Shown: positions 1-8,654 of the stretch, one piece after another
Layout of the letters: every line of letters starts with the position of its first letter
Numbering within the stretch: position 1 is the first letter of the stretch
Source of the DNA: Verrucomicrobiota bacterium
GTDB lineage: Bacteria > Verrucomicrobiota > Lentisphaeria > Lentisphaerales > Lentisphaeraceae
Direction: 5' to 3'
DNA: 64,000 bases
Assembly (NCBI GenBank): GCA_039798785.1
Contig: JBDKFG010000014.1
Coordinates: 1-64,000, forward strand
Notes under the pieces: model-generated
Seen by the model: the letters and a program-made list of their open reading frames with translations, nothing else
Databases searched by the model: none
Told to the model about the DNA's origin: nothing
Program-made: the position numbers and the translations under genes

Positions 1-234
1 GCCCGCGAACTGCTCGACCTCGACTTCGCCACCTGCCCCCTCGTCGTCGAACACGAATACCCCGCCGCCCGCATCCAGGACAAGGAGAAGCTTCTCCCCA
101 TCCTCAAGGGCTCCCTCGCCTTCACCCGCAAGATCGACGAAGCCGCCGCCTGCATGTACGCCCTGCAGAGCGAAGTGCTCAAGGCCCAAGGCATCCCGGT
201 GCAGGGCATCGGCCGCCAGGCCTACCGGAGCTGA
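1..234 (+). CDS. 3' end of a gene running in from the left edge, product unknown
   Basis: Frame 1 is open from base 1 to TGA at 232-234 ([20 protein letters not shown]...GRQAYRS) with strong C-ending codon bias; the next gene starts 7 nt later. Confidence 0.7.
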   Translation, partial: ARELLDLDFATCPLVVEHEYPAARIQDKEKLLPILKGSLAFTRKIDEAAACMYALQSEVLKAQGIPVQGIGRQAYRS

Positions 235-241
235 AGCGGCA

Positions 242-1195
242 ATGGAGACCTGCCTCCGCTGGAATAACCAAAGCGCCAACGATCGTCGTCAAGTTTTTGC
301 CGTGCTCGCGGTTTGCGTGGCACTTGTTTTGGCGATTGCGGTGTGGGGCGACTTCATGCTCGCCATCTTTCTGGGCCTTGGGGTTTTTGTCCTCAGCCGC
401 AATGGGTGGCGGCGCACCCGTCCTTGGCAGCTTTCCCGTCAGGAAACTCGACTGGAAGTCCGCCAGGGCGGCTCCTGCTGGTCCTTTGAGCTGCAGCCGG
501 GAAGCATTCTTGTCGCCGTCAAAGCTTCTGGGGGCACGGAGCACGTGTTTGTGCGTTCTCCGCAAGGACAGCAAAGCTACCTCGGCGAGCGCTCGCCTGA
601 GGGGCGTGCCGAATTGCTGAAATTTCTCGACTTGCCACCGGATACCGTGCTCGAAAAGACGGAAGCCGAAGCGTGGTTGGAGGCTGGATCCCGAGAGGCT
701 CCTCCGTATTTCCATGAAGACGGCGACTCTTTGCTGTGGCGGCAGATGAACCGCCGTCAGTCGCTAGGCTTCACTGGGGCCGTGCTGGTAGTCTGCTTGC
801 TCCTTGACGGCGCCTTGTTGGCGATGACGTGGATCGAAGCGTGGATGCCGCTGGTTTTGGCGGCTCTCTTTTTGGGCTCCAGCGTTTTGATGCTGATTCC
901 GGCATGGACCGAGCGCCGCCTGCTTCTGAGCGCCAGCGAGCTGATTTCCGAGACGCGACTTTTCGGTTGCCGGGTGTCCAGGAAATGCGTTCCGCTTGCG
1001 AGTGGAGCCTTGCACTTGTCTTGGATGAAATCCGGAAAAGGGAATCGCACCCTGGAACTTTCCCAGGTAGAATCTTCGGGAGAGAAACGGGTCCTGATGC
1101 GATCAAGTGATTTTCAGGAATTTTTCGCCATCTCCTGGCTCAAAGACAGGTTGGAAGGCCGGCTTAAGCTGCACCAAGGCAACACCCAGAGTTAA
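242..1195 (+). CDS. Hypothetical membrane protein with two hydrophobic hairpins
   Basis: 317-aa ORF; hydrophobic pairs near aa 18-52 and 175-220; co-oriented with the upstream gene. Confidence 0.6.
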   Translation: METCLRWNNQSANDRRQVFAVLAVCVALVLAIAVWGDFMLAIFLGLGVFVLSRNGWRRTRPWQLSRQETRLEVRQGGSCWSFELQPGSILVAVKASGGTEHVFVRSPQGQQSYLGERSPEGRAELLKFLDLPPDTVLEKTEAEAWLEAGSREAPPYFHEDGDSLLWRQMNRRQSLGFTGAVLVVCLLLDGALLAMTWIEAWMPLVLAALFLGSSVLMLIPAWTERRLLLSASELISETRLFGCRVSRKCVPLASGALHLSWMKSGKGNRTLELSQVESSGEKRVLMRSSDFQEFFAISWLKDRLEGRLKLHQGNTQS

Positions 1196-1279
1196 GCCAG
1201 CTTCGACCGCGCTGCGGTGTGCGCAAATTCAGTCTGACCTTGATCCGCCCTGCAGGTTTTTTGGCGGCCTCTCAGATTT

Positions 1280-1520
1280 GCCCCAAAGGGGCAGCCGGCA
1301 GTTAGCCCAGGGTGTAGACCGAGGGACGAGGGCAAACCCTGGGTTCAGGAAGGAATGTGTCCGAGCTCCAACGGGGCGTTGAGAAAGTCGTTGGACGGCA
1401 ATAATTAGCCCCATTCGCATGCCCCCCGGGGCTCCGATCCGTTTCTGTCTCTACCCAGGGTTTGCGAATCGTCCCTCATCGCTACACCCTGGGCTGACAT
1501 CTGACCGCTCTTTCAGGGCG
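1280..1520. repeat. Long imperfect inverted repeat (REP-doublet/MITE-like)
   Basis: Left-arm blocks agcccagggtgtag, gagggacga and gcaaaccctgggt (1304-1344) recur as reverse complements acccagggtttgc, tcgtccctc and ctacaccctgggct (1453-1495); mini-hairpin gcccc-aaa-ggggc at 1280. Confidence 0.7.
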
Positions 1521-1602
1521 CGATGAGCGATCGACCGCCGAGATCATCCATGCCTCCTCCGGTTTGCCTAAAGCGCAAGCGGCGGCAAGTTCTCGACTGA
1601 AT

Positions 1603-1646
1603 CCTGGATTCGGAAGCTGAGCCCAAGCTCAACTTCGGAATCCAGG
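1603..1646. terminator. Stem-loop just downstream of the histidine kinase stop (possible terminator)
   Basis: cctggattcggaagctgagc-ccaa-gctcaacttcggaatccagg forms a ~20-bp imperfect stem; no clear U-tract. Confidence 0.45.
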
Positions 1647-1654
1647 CTCAACCT

Positions 1655-3049
1655 TCATTTCTGCGGCAGCTCGACGACGAAACAGGCGCCACACCCGACC
1701 CCCTCTTCACAACGGATGTCGCCGCCATGAGCCAGGACGACGGCACGGGCAATGGCCAGCCCAAGGCCGCTGCCCGAAACCTGGCGGCTGGCGTCGAGAC
1801 GCACATAGGGTTCGAAGATCCGGCGGCGATCGGCAGCCGGAATGCCTGGCCCCGCATCGGCAAGGCGGATGCGTAAGACCCCGGCTTCGCAGCTTGCCTT
1901 CAGCTCGACCATGCCTCCCTGCGGCGAATGCCGGACGGCATTGTCGAGGAGATTGGCGAAGACCCGCTGCAAGCCGCCGCGATCGGCATCAAGCGGCAAT
2001 GACTCTGCGACATCGAATTCCAGAGTCAAGTCTTTGACTCTCATCGGCTCCTCGTAAATCTCGACCAGATCTCGGAGCAGAGCGGTGAGATCGACCCTCT
2101 GTCTCTCCACCGCTTGGCGTCCACCTTCGTAACGGGCGAGGGTCAGGACCGAGTCGATGATCGCCTCCTGATAGCCGCATTCGATCAGCACTTCGCCCGG
2201 AAGACCCGTCAAGGCGTCCTGGTCGCGCAGGCAGCGTTCCGCCTGCAGTCGCAGGCGCGCCACCGGACTGCGCAGATCGTGAGCGAGGGCCGCCGATTGC
2301 AGCTTCAGCTCTTCGACGACCCGGCCCAAGCGCTCGTCCATGCGGCCGAAGCTGCGCAAGAGCTGCTGCACTTCGGCGGCCTCGCCGTCGACGGGAGGGA
2401 GGACTGCCCCGAAGCGCCCGCCTTCCAGTTCCGCGGCGGCACGGCTGACGGCGCGGACCCCGGCCATCGCCCGGCGGGACAGAAGCCAGACGGGAAGAGG
2501 AAGAAGGACAAGAAACAGGAGCGCGGCCAAGCAGAAATCGCGGCGCGATTCGCGGATCAAGGACTCGAGCTCGCTGCGGTCGAGGACGAGGATCAGATAA
2601 GCCTCCTCTCCCAGAGGCAGCTTCAGGACCGAGCTCGGCGGCTCGCCCGGGAAGCGGAGCGGCGTGAGCAGCGTCGATGCCGAGGATCTCAAAATCTCGA
2701 GGCGGGCATCGTCAAACGCCGGTTCGCAGGCATCAGGAAAGCCGGGAACATGCAGCAGATAGCCGCGCAGACTGCTGCCGCCCTCCGTCACTTTGGTGTT
2801 GCGGAGGAAGCCCAGAAGATCCTTGCGCCCATGGCTGAGATCGCGATATCCGCGAGATTCGGTCCGATAGCTGGAGACGATGACCGAGCCGACGGCTTGC
2901 ACGGAGAGTTCATGGACTTTTTCAATCTCCCGGGTCTGCAGCTCGATCAGCCACCAGCTCAGGGCTGCGAGGCCGGCCACCAGGCAGACAAGAAGACTGA
3001 AGCTCAGGCGCCAGTGAAGAGGCAGGGATTCATTCCGGATCGAGGACAT
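1655..3049 (-). CDS. Sensor histidine kinase (2 TM, HAMP, HisKA, HATPase)
   Basis: H-box AHDLRSP, N-box NLLDNA, G1 DAGPGI, F box IFEPY, G2 GSGLGL; overlaps the response regulator stop. Confidence 0.95.
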   Translation of the reverse strand: MSSIRNESLPLHWRLSFSLLVCLVAGLAALSWWLIELQTREIEKVHELSVQAVGSVIVSSYRTESRGYRDLSHGRKDLLGFLRNTKVTEGGSSLRGYLLHVPGFPDACEPAFDDARLEILRSSASTLLTPLRFPGEPPSSVLKLPLGEEAYLILVLDRSELESLIRESRRDFCLAALLFLVLLPLPVWLLSRRAMAGVRAVSRAAAELEGGRFGAVLPPVDGEAAEVQQLLRSFGRMDERLGRVVEELKLQSAALAHDLRSPVARLRLQAERCLRDQDALTGLPGEVLIECGYQEAIIDSVLTLARYEGGRQAVERQRVDLTALLRDLVEIYEEPMRVKDLTLEFDVAESLPLDADRGGLQRVFANLLDNAVRHSPQGGMVELKASCEAGVLRIRLADAGPGIPAADRRRIFEPYVRLDASRQVSGSGLGLAIARAVVLAHGGDIRCEEGVGCGACFVVELPQK

Positions 3050-3701
3050 AGCCAGCTCCTTTGACAGTGCGTATCAAGGCACCTTCCTCCTGCTTGCCGA
3101 GCTTGTCGCGGAGGCGGCTGACCGTCGTCTCGACGATGCTGGTGCCGGGATCGAAATCGAAATCCCAGACCTGTCGGAGCAGCATCATCCGGCTGAGGAT
3201 GCGCCCGCGCTGCCTCGCCAGGATGAGAAGCAGGCGGAACTCGCGGGGATTGAGAGGGATCTCCCGTCCTTCGCGGTGGACGCTGCGGCTGTCGCAATCG
3301 AGGTCGAGCGAGCCAACCCGCAGGCGCGTCGGCGGCGCCTGGCGGCGAAGGAGCACTTCCAGGCGGACCGCCAGTTCAACCAGGCTGGCCGGCTTCGCCA
3401 GATAGTCGTCACCGCCTTGGCGCAGACCCCTGATCCGGTCATCGACCGAGCCGAGGGCGGAGAGCAGCAGGACCGGCTGCCTGAAACCGGCCTGGCGGAG
3501 TCGCTGGATGAAACTCAAGCCGTCTTCACCGGGAAGCATGACGTCGACAACCAGGGCATCGAAGACGGCGTGCTCCCGGATCATTTCCCAGGCCGACTCG
3601 GCGCTCGCCGCAAAAAGAAGCTCGAAGCCTTCAGCACGCAAACCCGACAGCAAGTGCTTCGCCTGGCCTGGATCGTCCTCCACCAACAGTATTCGCGCCA
3701 T
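3030..3701 (-). CDS. OmpR-family response regulator (CusR/CopR-like)
   Basis: ILLVEDD, DVMLPG, GDDYLAKP and winged-helix end RLRDKL...IRTVKGAGY; ATG at 3701 preferred over the GTG at 3713. Confidence 0.95.
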   Translation of the reverse strand: MARILLVEDDPGQAKHLLSGLRAEGFELLFAASAESAWEMIREHAVFDALVVDVMLPGEDGLSFIQRLRQAGFRQPVLLLSALGSVDDRIRGLRQGGDDYLAKPASLVELAVRLEVLLRRQAPPTRLRVGSLDLDCDSRSVHREGREIPLNPREFRLLLILARQRGRILSRMMLLRQVWDFDFDPGTSIVETTVSRLRDKLGKQEEGALIRTVKGAGYVLDPE

Positions 3702-3761
3702 GGCTGCCTCCACTTTGCCGTAAGTGTAGTTCGACTAGAAGCATCCTGCGTCCCTAGCGGC

Positions 3762-3775
3762 TTACAAGTTTGTAA
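3762..3775. promoter_or_regulatory. Palindromic operator TTACA-N4-TGTAA, candidate response-regulator box
   Basis: ttacaagtttgtaa lies in the divergent gap between the regulator and apbE; it resembles Cop/Cus/Czc-type boxes. Confidence 0.55.
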
Positions 3776-3857
3776 ATCGACAGAGGCGGCGGCCAAGGCA
3801 AAGAGGTTCCATTCTCAGCAAGAGCCTCCAAATCAACCCCGGCGACAGGAAAAACCC

Positions 3858-5342
3858 ATGATCAAAAATCTCCTAATCTGCCTTTTTTGCCTCCTCCAGG
3901 CTCCCGAACCCGGCAAGAGCGAAAGCGCCGTCCCTCCGGCGGCTGAAACCAGCCTCCTCGATGCCGAGCTCTATCTGGAGGATGTGATGGGTTCCTGGCT
4001 GGAAATCCGCCTCGCCGCCCGCGACGAAGCCGCTCGCGACGCGGCGGAAGCCCTGGCCCGCAACGAGCTTTCACGACTCGCCGCGATCTTCGACCGCCGC
4101 GATCCAGCCAGCGAAATCTCCCGGCTTTGCGCCGGACGCGGCCGGCAGGTCTGCTCGCTGGAGCTTGCCCAGGTGCTGCGCCTGGCGAAAGAGATGCAGG
4201 AGCTCAGCGGCGGCCGCTTCAGCCCCGGCATCGCCCCGGTGCTCGCCGCCTGGAAAGAGGGCCGTCCGAGCCCGGATAAGCTCGCCGCAGCCTGCCGCGA
4301 AGCCAGCCGCCTCGCCGACTACCAGCTCAGCGAAAGCTCCGGCGACCACTTCTTCATCCGCGCCGGGCCCGGCCCGCTCGATCTCGACGCGCTCTGCGGC
4401 GGCTTCATCGCCGACGCCTTGCTGCGCCGCCTCAGCTCCGTCCCAGGAATCGAAGCCGCGCTCGTCAATGTCAGCGGCGACATCGCCTGCTCACCCGGCA
4501 ATCACCCCTGGTCGGTCTCCATCCCCGATCCCGCCCGCCGCGCCGAAAACCTTCCGGGACTGGCTGAATTTCCGGCGCCCCGGGCGATCTCCAGCAGCGG
4601 CGGCACTGAGCGCCACGCCGATGCGCAAGGACGCCACTCCCACATCGTCGACGCCCGTTCAGGCCTCCCCGCAGACGCCTCGCTGTGCTGCAGCGTCATC
4701 GCCCCTAGCTGCGCCGAGGCCGACGGTCTCGCCACCGCTCTCAGCCTGCTGCCGCCGGATGAAGCGCAGCGGCTCGTCGCCGCCCGCCCCGGCTGCTCCC
4801 TTCTCCAGATCGGCAGCGATGGAACACTCGCCGCCAGCCCCGAGTTCCCCGCCGTCGCCCGCCGCTTCGCCGCCCCGGCTGCCGCCGCCGGGGTCGAGAT
4901 CGCTTTCCAGCTCAGCAACTCCACCCCGAAAGGCAAGTTCAAAAACCACTTCACCGCTGTCTGGATCGAAGACGCCGCCGGCAAGAAAATCGCGGATCTC
5001 GCCCTCTGGGGACGCAAGGCCAAGTATTATCCCTCGCTGAAAGCCTGGTGGAAGGCCGGAGGCAAGGACAGCGTCAAGAAGGCCGAAGTGATGAAAGTGA
5101 TCAGCGGCCCCTCCCGCGCCCCCGGAGCCCATAGCCTCGTCTGGGACTTGACCGATGCCTCCGGTAAACCGGTGAAGCCGGGCAAATACACCCTCTGCGT
5201 CGAAGTCAACCGCGAACACGGCCCCGACAAAGAGAAGCCTATCCTCGGCAAAGTCGCCTTCGACACCGCCAAAAAGGCTTTCGCCGAGAAAGGCAAGGAC
5301 TGCTCCGAGATCCTCAAGCTCAGCGTCAGCCGCAAGCCTTGA
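3858..5342 (+). CDS. apbE: FAD:protein FMN transferase (ApbE) fused to a C-terminal DUF2271-like domain
   Basis: Signal peptide; ApbE motifs VMGS, SEISRL, LVNVSGDI, SSSG, HIVD, ADGLATA; C-terminal AVWIED...LKAWW...SGPSRAPG...WDLTD...GKY...VEVNREHG typical of DUF2271; ATG 3858 after AGGA. Confidence 0.85.
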   Translation: MIKNLLICLFCLLQAPEPGKSESAVPPAAETSLLDAELYLEDVMGSWLEIRLAARDEAARDAAEALARNELSRLAAIFDRRDPASEISRLCAGRGRQVCSLELAQVLRLAKEMQELSGGRFSPGIAPVLAAWKEGRPSPDKLAAACREASRLADYQLSESSGDHFFIRAGPGPLDLDALCGGFIADALLRRLSSVPGIEAALVNVSGDIACSPGNHPWSVSIPDPARRAENLPGLAEFPAPRAISSSGGTERHADAQGRHSHIVDARSGLPADASLCCSVIAPSCAEADGLATALSLLPPDEAQRLVAARPGCSLLQIGSDGTLAASPEFPAVARRFAAPAAAAGVEIAFQLSNSTPKGKFKNHFTAVWIEDAAGKKIADLALWGRKAKYYPSLKAWWKAGGKDSVKKAEVMKVISGPSRAPGAHSLVWDLTDASGKPVKPGKYTLCVEVNREHGPDKEKPILGKVAFDTAKKAFAEKGKDCSEILKLSVSRKP

Positions 5343-5346
5343 CCCC

Positions 5347-6040
5347 ATGTCGACCGAAGACGAACTCTATGGCGGCGAGACTCCGCTTCCGGATCCGGAG
5401 CAGCGGATCTGCGACTGCACCGGCAGGACTGCCGGCCAGATCGAAGCGACCCTCCGCCGCGCCGGATCGCGCCATCCCGACACCTTGCGCCGGCATTGCG
5501 GTTCCGGACATCAGTGCGGCGGCTGCCGCCCCAGGATCGAACGCATCGCCGCGACGCTGTCGCTCCCGGAAGTGCCGCCCAAGCCCGGCCTCTCCTGGAA
5601 CCGGATTTTGCGCCAGACACATCTCTGGGCCTCGGCTCTCGCTTGCTCCCTGCTGCTCTTTTTCGCCTGCACCGGCTTTATCCTCAATCATCGCGACGCC
5701 TTCGGGCTCGACTCGGTGACCCGGAGCGACGCGACGCTGCAGCTCGAGATTTCGGCTCTGGCCAAGCCGGAGGCCGATTTCCTCGCCGTCCACCTGCGCC
5801 GCCTCGGCCTGCGCGGCGAAGTCAGCGACTGCTCCATCGACGACGAGCGGATCACCTTGCGCCTGGAAAGCCTGGGCGAGAGCCACGATGTCTCCATCGA
5901 TCTCAGCTCCGCTCCTCGCTTTCACTGCCCTCAGCGGCCTGAGCCTCTTTTTTGTCCTCCCCGCCTACCGCCGCCGTGCCTGGCTGCTCTTCGCCGCCGC
6001 AACCCTCCTCTTGACTGCCATCTTCCTCGCCTGGCGTTGA
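5347..6040 (+). pseudogene. BFD-like [2Fe-2S] domain fused to a PepSY-associated TM domain, frameshifted near 5905-5912
   Basis: ICDC...CGGC (BFD pattern), then RQTHLW...FFACTGFILNH (PepSY_TM-like). The hydrophobic C-terminus LLAFTALSGLSLFFVL...AWLLFAAATLLLTAIFLAWR* lies in the +1 frame and ends at 6040. Confidence 0.75.
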
Positions 6041-6111
6041 GCTCCGCCTGTCCTCATCAACAGCGCAGCAGCACAGAGATTGACGGAGTTTCAGATTCTC
6101 CCGGATTTTTC

Positions 6112-6141
6112 TTGACTTCCGGCAGGCTCTGGTCCTATCTT
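6112..6141 (+). promoter_or_regulatory. Putative sigma-70 promoter for the 6177 gene
   Basis: TTGACT (6112) - 18 nt - TATCTT (6136). Confidence 0.4.
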
Positions 6142-6176
6142 GGGGAATCCTGCAAGCCAATCCCTGGAGTCCAAAC

Positions 6177-6992
6177 ATGATCAAGTCCTTCCTCGCCGTC
6201 GCCTGCCTCTGCCTCTCGGCCGCCGCTGAAAACCCCGCCGCCGCTCCGGCCGTCAAAACCGAAGTCAAGGCCGGAGCTCAGTTCGGTGCCGGCGCAGAAG
6301 CCGTCTACCGCAAAAGCGCTCAGGCCCAAGGCCTCGACAAGCTCGGCCAGATGAAAGGATTCGAGATGCAGTCGAGCTTTGAACTCGTCGGCCTCGGACT
6401 GAAAGGCTCATGCAGCCTCCTCTGCAGCCCCGACAAAGCCCAGATCCAGCAGAGCATGGCCAACCTCAAATTCGTTCAGGTCTACGACGGCAAAAACGCC
6501 TGGTCCAGCGACCCGATGTTCGGCGAACGCCAGCTCGAAGGCGCCGAGCTCTTCCAGCTCCGCCAATCCACCCTCAAGAACCTCGCCGACAACTCCAGCC
6601 TCTGGGACAAGATCGAGCTCACCGACAACAAGGAATTCAAGGGCAAGGCCTGCGTCACACTGAAGTTCTCGAAGAAGGACATCGACGACATGATCCTGCA
6701 CCTCGACAAGGAAAGCCTCCTGCCCATCGGCACCGAAATGCATCAGGTCAGTCCGCAAGGCAAGGAGAAGATCATTTCGGAAATGAGTGACTACGTCCAG
6801 ACCCCCGAGGGCTACCGCTACGCCTCAAAACTCACCTGCGTCACCGGCGGCGTCACCATGAAGATGAGCGTCACCTGCGAAAAACGCGACCAGATCGACC
6901 CTTCCGCCTTCGCCAAGCCCGCTCCTCCCGCCGTCAATCTCGATCAAGTCATCGATGCGCCTCTCCTCGAGGAAGCCCTGGAAGAGAAATGA
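6177..6992 (+). CDS. Exported protein, possibly LolA-like/outer-membrane sorting fold
   Basis: Signal peptide, GGAG RBS, VYDGKNAW...P..G.R.LEGAEL motif, strong codon bias. Confidence 0.7.
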   Translation: MIKSFLAVACLCLSAAAENPAAAPAVKTEVKAGAQFGAGAEAVYRKSAQAQGLDKLGQMKGFEMQSSFELVGLGLKGSCSLLCSPDKAQIQQSMANLKFVQVYDGKNAWSSDPMFGERQLEGAELFQLRQSTLKNLADNSSLWDKIELTDNKEFKGKACVTLKFSKKDIDDMILHLDKESLLPIGTEMHQVSPQGKEKIISEMSDYVQTPEGYRYASKLTCVTGGVTMKMSVTCEKRDQIDPSAFAKPAPPAVNLDQVIDAPLLEEALEEK

Positions 6993-7010
6993 CCTGCTAA
7001 GTTCCTTGTC

Positions 7011-7050
7011 AAGCAAAACGCGGCCCGGATCCCCCGGGCCGCGATTGCTT
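7011..7050. terminator. Hairpin between convergent genes
   Basis: aagcaa-aa-cgcggcccgg-atccc-ccgggccgcg-a-ttgctt. Confidence 0.65.
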
Positions 7051-7066
7051 CTCCTCTTCCCTCCGT

Positions 7067-7480
7067 TCAGCCGGCGTTGATGCTGATGCGGCGGCAGTCC
7101 TCTTGACGGCGAAGCTTGGGCAGCGCGATGCTCAGGAGACCGTTGCGGAAGGAGGCGCGAATCCCCTCTCCGTCGATGCCTTCCGGCAAGGTGAGCAGAC
7201 GCTCGTAGCTTCCGGAAGCGGTCTCGACCCGATGCCATCGGAACTTGTCATTCGGCACCTGCAGCTTGCGCTCGGCCTTGACGCTGAGAATGCGATTCTT
7301 GACTTGCAGATCGATGGCGCCCTCCTCGATCCCAGGAAGCTCCATCTCGACCAGATAGCCAGAGGCGTCCTCGGCGATGTTGGTCGGCGGCTGGATGACG
7401 CCGCTGCGACGGGCTTGGCGGTCGAAAAGATTGTCGAAAAGCTCCCAGACATTGGCAGGGGCGGTGGCGGCTTGGCTCAT
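7067..7480 (-). CDS. Hsp20/alpha-crystallin small heat-shock protein
   Basis: P.TNIAED, ELPGI, GSYERLLTLP, IRASFRNGLLSIALPK; AGGAG RBS before ATG at 7480. Confidence 0.95.
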   Translation of the reverse strand: MSQAATAPANVWELFDNLFDRQARRSGVIQPPTNIAEDASGYLVEMELPGIEEGAIDLQVKNRILSVKAERKLQVPNDKFRWHRVETASGSYERLLTLPEGIDGEGIRASFRNGLLSIALPKLRRQEDCRRISINAG

Positions 7481-7810
7481 GGTCGTTCTCCTTGTTATGG
7501 CATGGTTTCTTTCGGCGGACTCTGTCGCATTCGCCTTGCGGCTTGACACTGAAGTCTTCAGAAAAGCGCTTCATCCACACTGTTTTAGATTTCATTAATT
7601 TATTGGAAATGAATCGATTGAGTTTTTTTCTCCAGCTGAGTCCTGGCTTGCCCATGTGTCAGATCGGCCTCCTCCTGTGCCACTTGGTCATCACTGCCGT
7701 GACAAAGCGGCACGACATGCCGATGGCTCTCGGCTTCCCTTGACTTTTATTATAAATTGATATTAATTTCTGTGCAGACGGAAATAAATGAATAAAAAGG
7801 AGGCTAGCCG

Positions 7811-8638
7811 ATGAATCGGGTGCAGGGCGGCGGAGATGCGGTGCGAGGGGCGCTGCTTCTGGACATGGGGAAGCTGCTGCGACATGGCGGCGGACTGGCG
7901 GCCGGCTTGGCCGGTCTGACGCTCGGGGATCCCGGGGTGGTGCTTCTTGCCTTGGCGTGTTGCGGCTGGCCGGCGATGGCGCTGGGGGTGGTGGCGGTGC
8001 ATCGGCTGTTGATCCATCGCAGCTTCGAGACTTCGCTGCGCCTCGAGCGGCTGATGCTTCTGGGGGCGAGTCTGAGCGGCATGGGCGGGCCTCTCAGCCT
8101 GATCCGGGTCCACGATCTGAGGGAGTGGGCCCAGACCCGGACGGACTGCGCCGGCTACTTCAAGCACAGCCATGGCCTCTGCCGCGACGCCTGGGAGCAG
8201 CTTTTCTGCCGCTTTGAGCTTGCGGATCCGCCGCGGATGGAGATTGCCGAGGAGAGCGATCGCTTCCTTCGGCTGCTCGAGCGTCATTGGCTTCTCCTTC
8301 AGCTGCCCCTGGGCCTGCTGCTTTGGCAGATGGGTTCATGGAGCGCGGTGGCTGGCGGAGTCGGGCTGAAGCTATTCGTCCTGCCCTTCCTGCACTGGCT
8401 TTTCGCCTGGCAGCTGCACCGGAGGGGCACGACGCCGCACCGGCTGCCGGGAGTGGCGGTGCAGGGGCGAGATCTCGGTCTCTGCGCCGCCCTGATCACT
8501 CTCGGGGAATCCTACCACAACCGGCACCACCGTTACCCGAGCTCGCCGCGCAACAGCAGCCGCCCCGGCGAGATCGACCTCTCCTGGCTGCTCATCCACC
8601 TCCTGATCCGCCTCGGATGGGCGAGAACGAAAGGCTGA
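7811..8638 (+). CDS. Membrane fatty-acid (acyl-CoA delta-9-like) desaturase
   Basis: His boxes HRLLIHRSF, variant HDLREWAQ, and GESYHNRHHRYP; AAGGAGG RBS. Confidence 0.85.
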   Translation: MNRVQGGGDAVRGALLLDMGKLLRHGGGLAAGLAGLTLGDPGVVLLALACCGWPAMALGVVAVHRLLIHRSFETSLRLERLMLLGASLSGMGGPLSLIRVHDLREWAQTRTDCAGYFKHSHGLCRDAWEQLFCRFELADPPRMEIAEESDRFLRLLERHWLLLQLPLGLLLWQMGSWSAVAGGVGLKLFVLPFLHWLFAWQLHRRGTTPHRLPGVAVQGRDLGLCAALITLGESYHNRHHRYPSSPRNSSRPGEIDLSWLLIHLLIRLGWARTKG

Positions 8639-8654
8639 ACTGCAGCGGCACGAA

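Noticed and set aside
3276..3857. N-terminal extension of the 688-aa ApbE ORF
   Set aside because: Overlaps the response regulator on the opposite strand; RBS and signal peptide point to ATG 3858.
5912..6180. C-terminus of the called 277-aa ORF
   Set aside because: Out-of-frame read-through after the lesion; the family-like TM helices are in the +1 frame.
7481..7810. CIRCE, ROSE or sigma-54 element upstream of hsp20
   Set aside because: No adequate match to any of these consensus sequences could be read.
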